A stretch of 64,000 bases of DNA from Cyanophora paradoxa CCMP329. Its lineage: Eukaryota > Plantae > Glaucophyta. The stretch is from positions 37,311 to 101,310 of the forward strand of contig QPMI01000618.1 of NCBI GenBank assembly GCA_004431415.1, written 5' to 3'. Position 1 is the first letter of the stretch. Each line of letters begins with the position of its first letter. Made by a program: the position numbers and the translations under genes. Below the pieces are notes generated by a model that saw only the letters and a list, made by a program, of their open reading frames with translations, had not been told where the DNA came from and searched no databases. This document shows, one piece after another, positions 61,801-64,000 of this stretch.

Positions 61801-63356
61801 CTCGAGGGTCCCGATGACGAGGTCGCCGAAGGGCACGAGCTCCAGCTCCACCATCGCCGCCTCCGCCTGGAAGGAGGAGGGGGCGTGGGCGGGTAGAGGA
61901 GGAAGGAGGAGGAGGAGGAGAGAGGGGCGGCGCCTCGAGCTTGGCGGCGCGGGGGAGGCCAGCGTCGAGGCGCGTCGTAGGGAGGAAGCTTAAGCAAGGA
62001 ATCTAGAGGAATCTAATCTAGAAACCTGGAATACAGGAACCTAGAGCTTAAATCTAGAGGCAATCTAATCGAATTCAAAGCGCACGGCCTCGAGCTTGGC
62101 GGCGCGGGTGAGGCCGGCGTCGAGCCGCGTCAGCGCCGACATCACCACCGCCTCCCGCACCGTCTGCGCGGCGGACCCGGCTCGAGCGGCGCGGCGCGGG
62201 GCGGGGCGGGGCGGGGTTTGGGATGTGGACGCGCCATGGAGGGGTACAGCAGGTCGAACTGCGGGAGGGAGGGGCGTCAGCGAACGGTCGAAGAAGGTAG
62301 GAGAAGGCGGAGCGGGGCGGCGGGCGCGTGCCTGCTCGACGTAGGAGGAGACGCGGGGGAGGGTGCGGGGGTCGACGGGGCGGCCGTTGAGGCGGACCTC
62401 CCCCGCGAGGCTCCCCACCGTCTTCCGCCCCGCCAGCACGTCCAGCAGCGTCCTGCCGGGCCGGGCCGAGCCGAGCGAGGGCGGCGCGTCAGCCCGGCAG
62501 AGCCGGCGGCTTCTAAGAGCGCGAGCACGGGGGGCTGATTGGGCCCTCTAAGCGTCTCGTAATGGCTTTTATAAGGCGGGAGCCGGGGGGACTCTCTTCG
62601 ATCTTAACGGCTTTTCAAGCGCATCTAAGCGTCTCGTGACGGCTTTTATAAGGCGGGGGAAGGGGGGTACGCACGTCTTGCCGGCCCCGGAGGAGCCCAT
62701 GAGGGCGGTGAGGGAGCCGCCCCGCACGAAGCCCGACACGCCCGCCAGCAGCCGCCGCCGCGGCGCCCCTGCGCCCCGCCCCGCCCCGCTCGAGGCTGCA
62801 CGAGGAGGAGGAGCCTCGAGCTCCGCCACGGGCGGGCGGGCCGGCCCGCACCCTTCTTGGGGGCGTCGATCTCGTAGGAGACGTCGGAGAAGGTGAGGGC
62901 GGGCAGCGGTCCCTTCGGGAACGACCGCGACCGCGTCGGCGCCTTCACCGCCCGCGTCCCCTTCTCGCCTCTCTCCTCGCCGCTCCCAAAGGCGGGAGCG
63001 GGTGCGGGGGCGACGGAGACGGAGACGGAGCGGCGGGCGTCGAGGGAGGGCGGGGCGGGGAGCATGCGCGGGAAGGCGCGCTTCGGGCGGACGAAGGCGG
63101 CCGCGAGGGTCGCGAGGGTCATCATGACGCCCCAGTAGCCCGCCGAGATCGCCACGTTCTTCCAGTACCTGGGAGGAGGAGGGGGGGGGGGGGGGGGGGT
63201 AGAGGCGTCGGGCGAGTGCCAAGGGCGTTTTTTTGGAGGAGGGGGGAGGAGGGAAGGGGGGTACCAATCCTCGGTGGAGTGCATGCCGAAGCCGGCGAGG
63301 GTGAGGGCCCCGAAGTTGGGGAGCCCCGGCACCCCAAAGTCGACGAGCTCTGCGGC

Positions 63357-63391
<35 letters not shown>

Positions 63392-64000
63392 CCCGGCCTC
63401 AGCCTTCGGCGCCGCCGGAGAGAGAGGGGGGGGAGAGCTCGAGGGGGGTACCGTTTATGCAGAGGGCCTCGTGGGCGTAGGAGAAGTAGGAGAGGTAGGG
63501 GGCCCACTTCCACCAGGAGGGCAGGTCCGACCGCGGGATCAGGAGCCCTGCGCGGGGGAAAGCGGCTTAGGCGTCAGGCTTGCTAGCGAACACCCAGTGC
63601 GAGCGGGCTATCTCTTAGGCTGTCCCTCCGCGGGCGACGCCCGTCCGGGGCGCAGCACAGCACGAGGCCGGCGCAGCACGAGGCCGGCGGGGGCGAGGGC
63701 GGGGGCGAGGGCGAGGGCGCGGGGGCGCGCGCGGACCGCCGAAGATGAAGAAGACGGCGGGCAGGATGGGCGCCAGCGTCCCGCAGACCTGCGCAGGCGG
63801 GGGCCGGGGGCGCGGGCGGTCGGCCGGCCGGCCCGCCGGCTTTGCGCCGCGTCGCGTTGGCCCCGCCGGCCCCGCGCACCTCCTTCGCCGGGATGAGCTG
63901 GCTCATGGTGCTGCGCGGGGCGAGGGCGGGCCGGGCCTCAGCGCGGCGGCGCAGGGGCGCGCGCGCGCGCCCCAGAGGGCCCGACGGTGCGGCGACGTTA
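58814..64000 (-). CDS. Full-size ABCG/PDR-type ABC transporter, 3' half (end of TMD1, NBD2, TMD2); 5' part outside the window
   Basis: [127 protein letters not shown]; stop after ITWLRR. Confidence 0.93.
62547..62657. repeat. 34-bp imperfect direct repeat in the intron that splits the ABCG Walker A motif
   Basis: TCTAAGCGTCTCGTAATGGCTTTTATAAGGCGGG (62547-62580) and TCTAAGCGTCTCGTGACGGCTTTTATAAGGCGGG (62624-62657). Confidence 0.8.

Noticed and set aside
1-64000. tRNA, rRNA or snRNA genes
   Set aside because: No cloverleaf or recognisable conserved RNA sequence was seen by eye; a tRNAscan-SE/Infernal run would be needed to exclude them formally.

Overview
This is GC-rich, intron-dense eukaryotic nuclear DNA, not a prokaryotic operon region. 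Genes are split into many short exons by roughly 60-120 bp introns, so almost none of the supplied ORFs is a whole protein; the gene models below were spliced by eye. Two genes begin with MA(AA)F-type plastid presequences and one is clearly cyanobacteria-derived, which points to a glaucophyte alga such as Cyanophora (inference). In order: 3' end of Hsp101/ClpB; an unknown multi-exon gene; a ~12 kb gene for a giant surface protein with two Kelch-like modules and a polytopic membrane C-terminus; a second unknown gene; a bacterial-type TM-sensor-TM-HAMP class III nucleotide cyclase head-to-head with a plastid-targeted NFACT/RqcH; a rolling-circle transposon; an N-acylated SARM1-like TIR protein ending in a chlorovirus-type basic adaptor motif; an alpha-kinase-WD40 gene head-to-head with a plastid-targeted TauE/SafE; two tandem paralogues (TPR + TTC3-like Cys domain + C2H2 finger) separated by a second transposon copy; and the 3' half of a full-size ABCG/PDR transporter. 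The most notable observations are the TIR-adaptor fusion, the proto-Helentron-like element family, the cyclase lacking its purine-selecting Lys, the divergent tandem paralogues, frequent GC-AG introns, and palindrome-saturated non-coding DNA.
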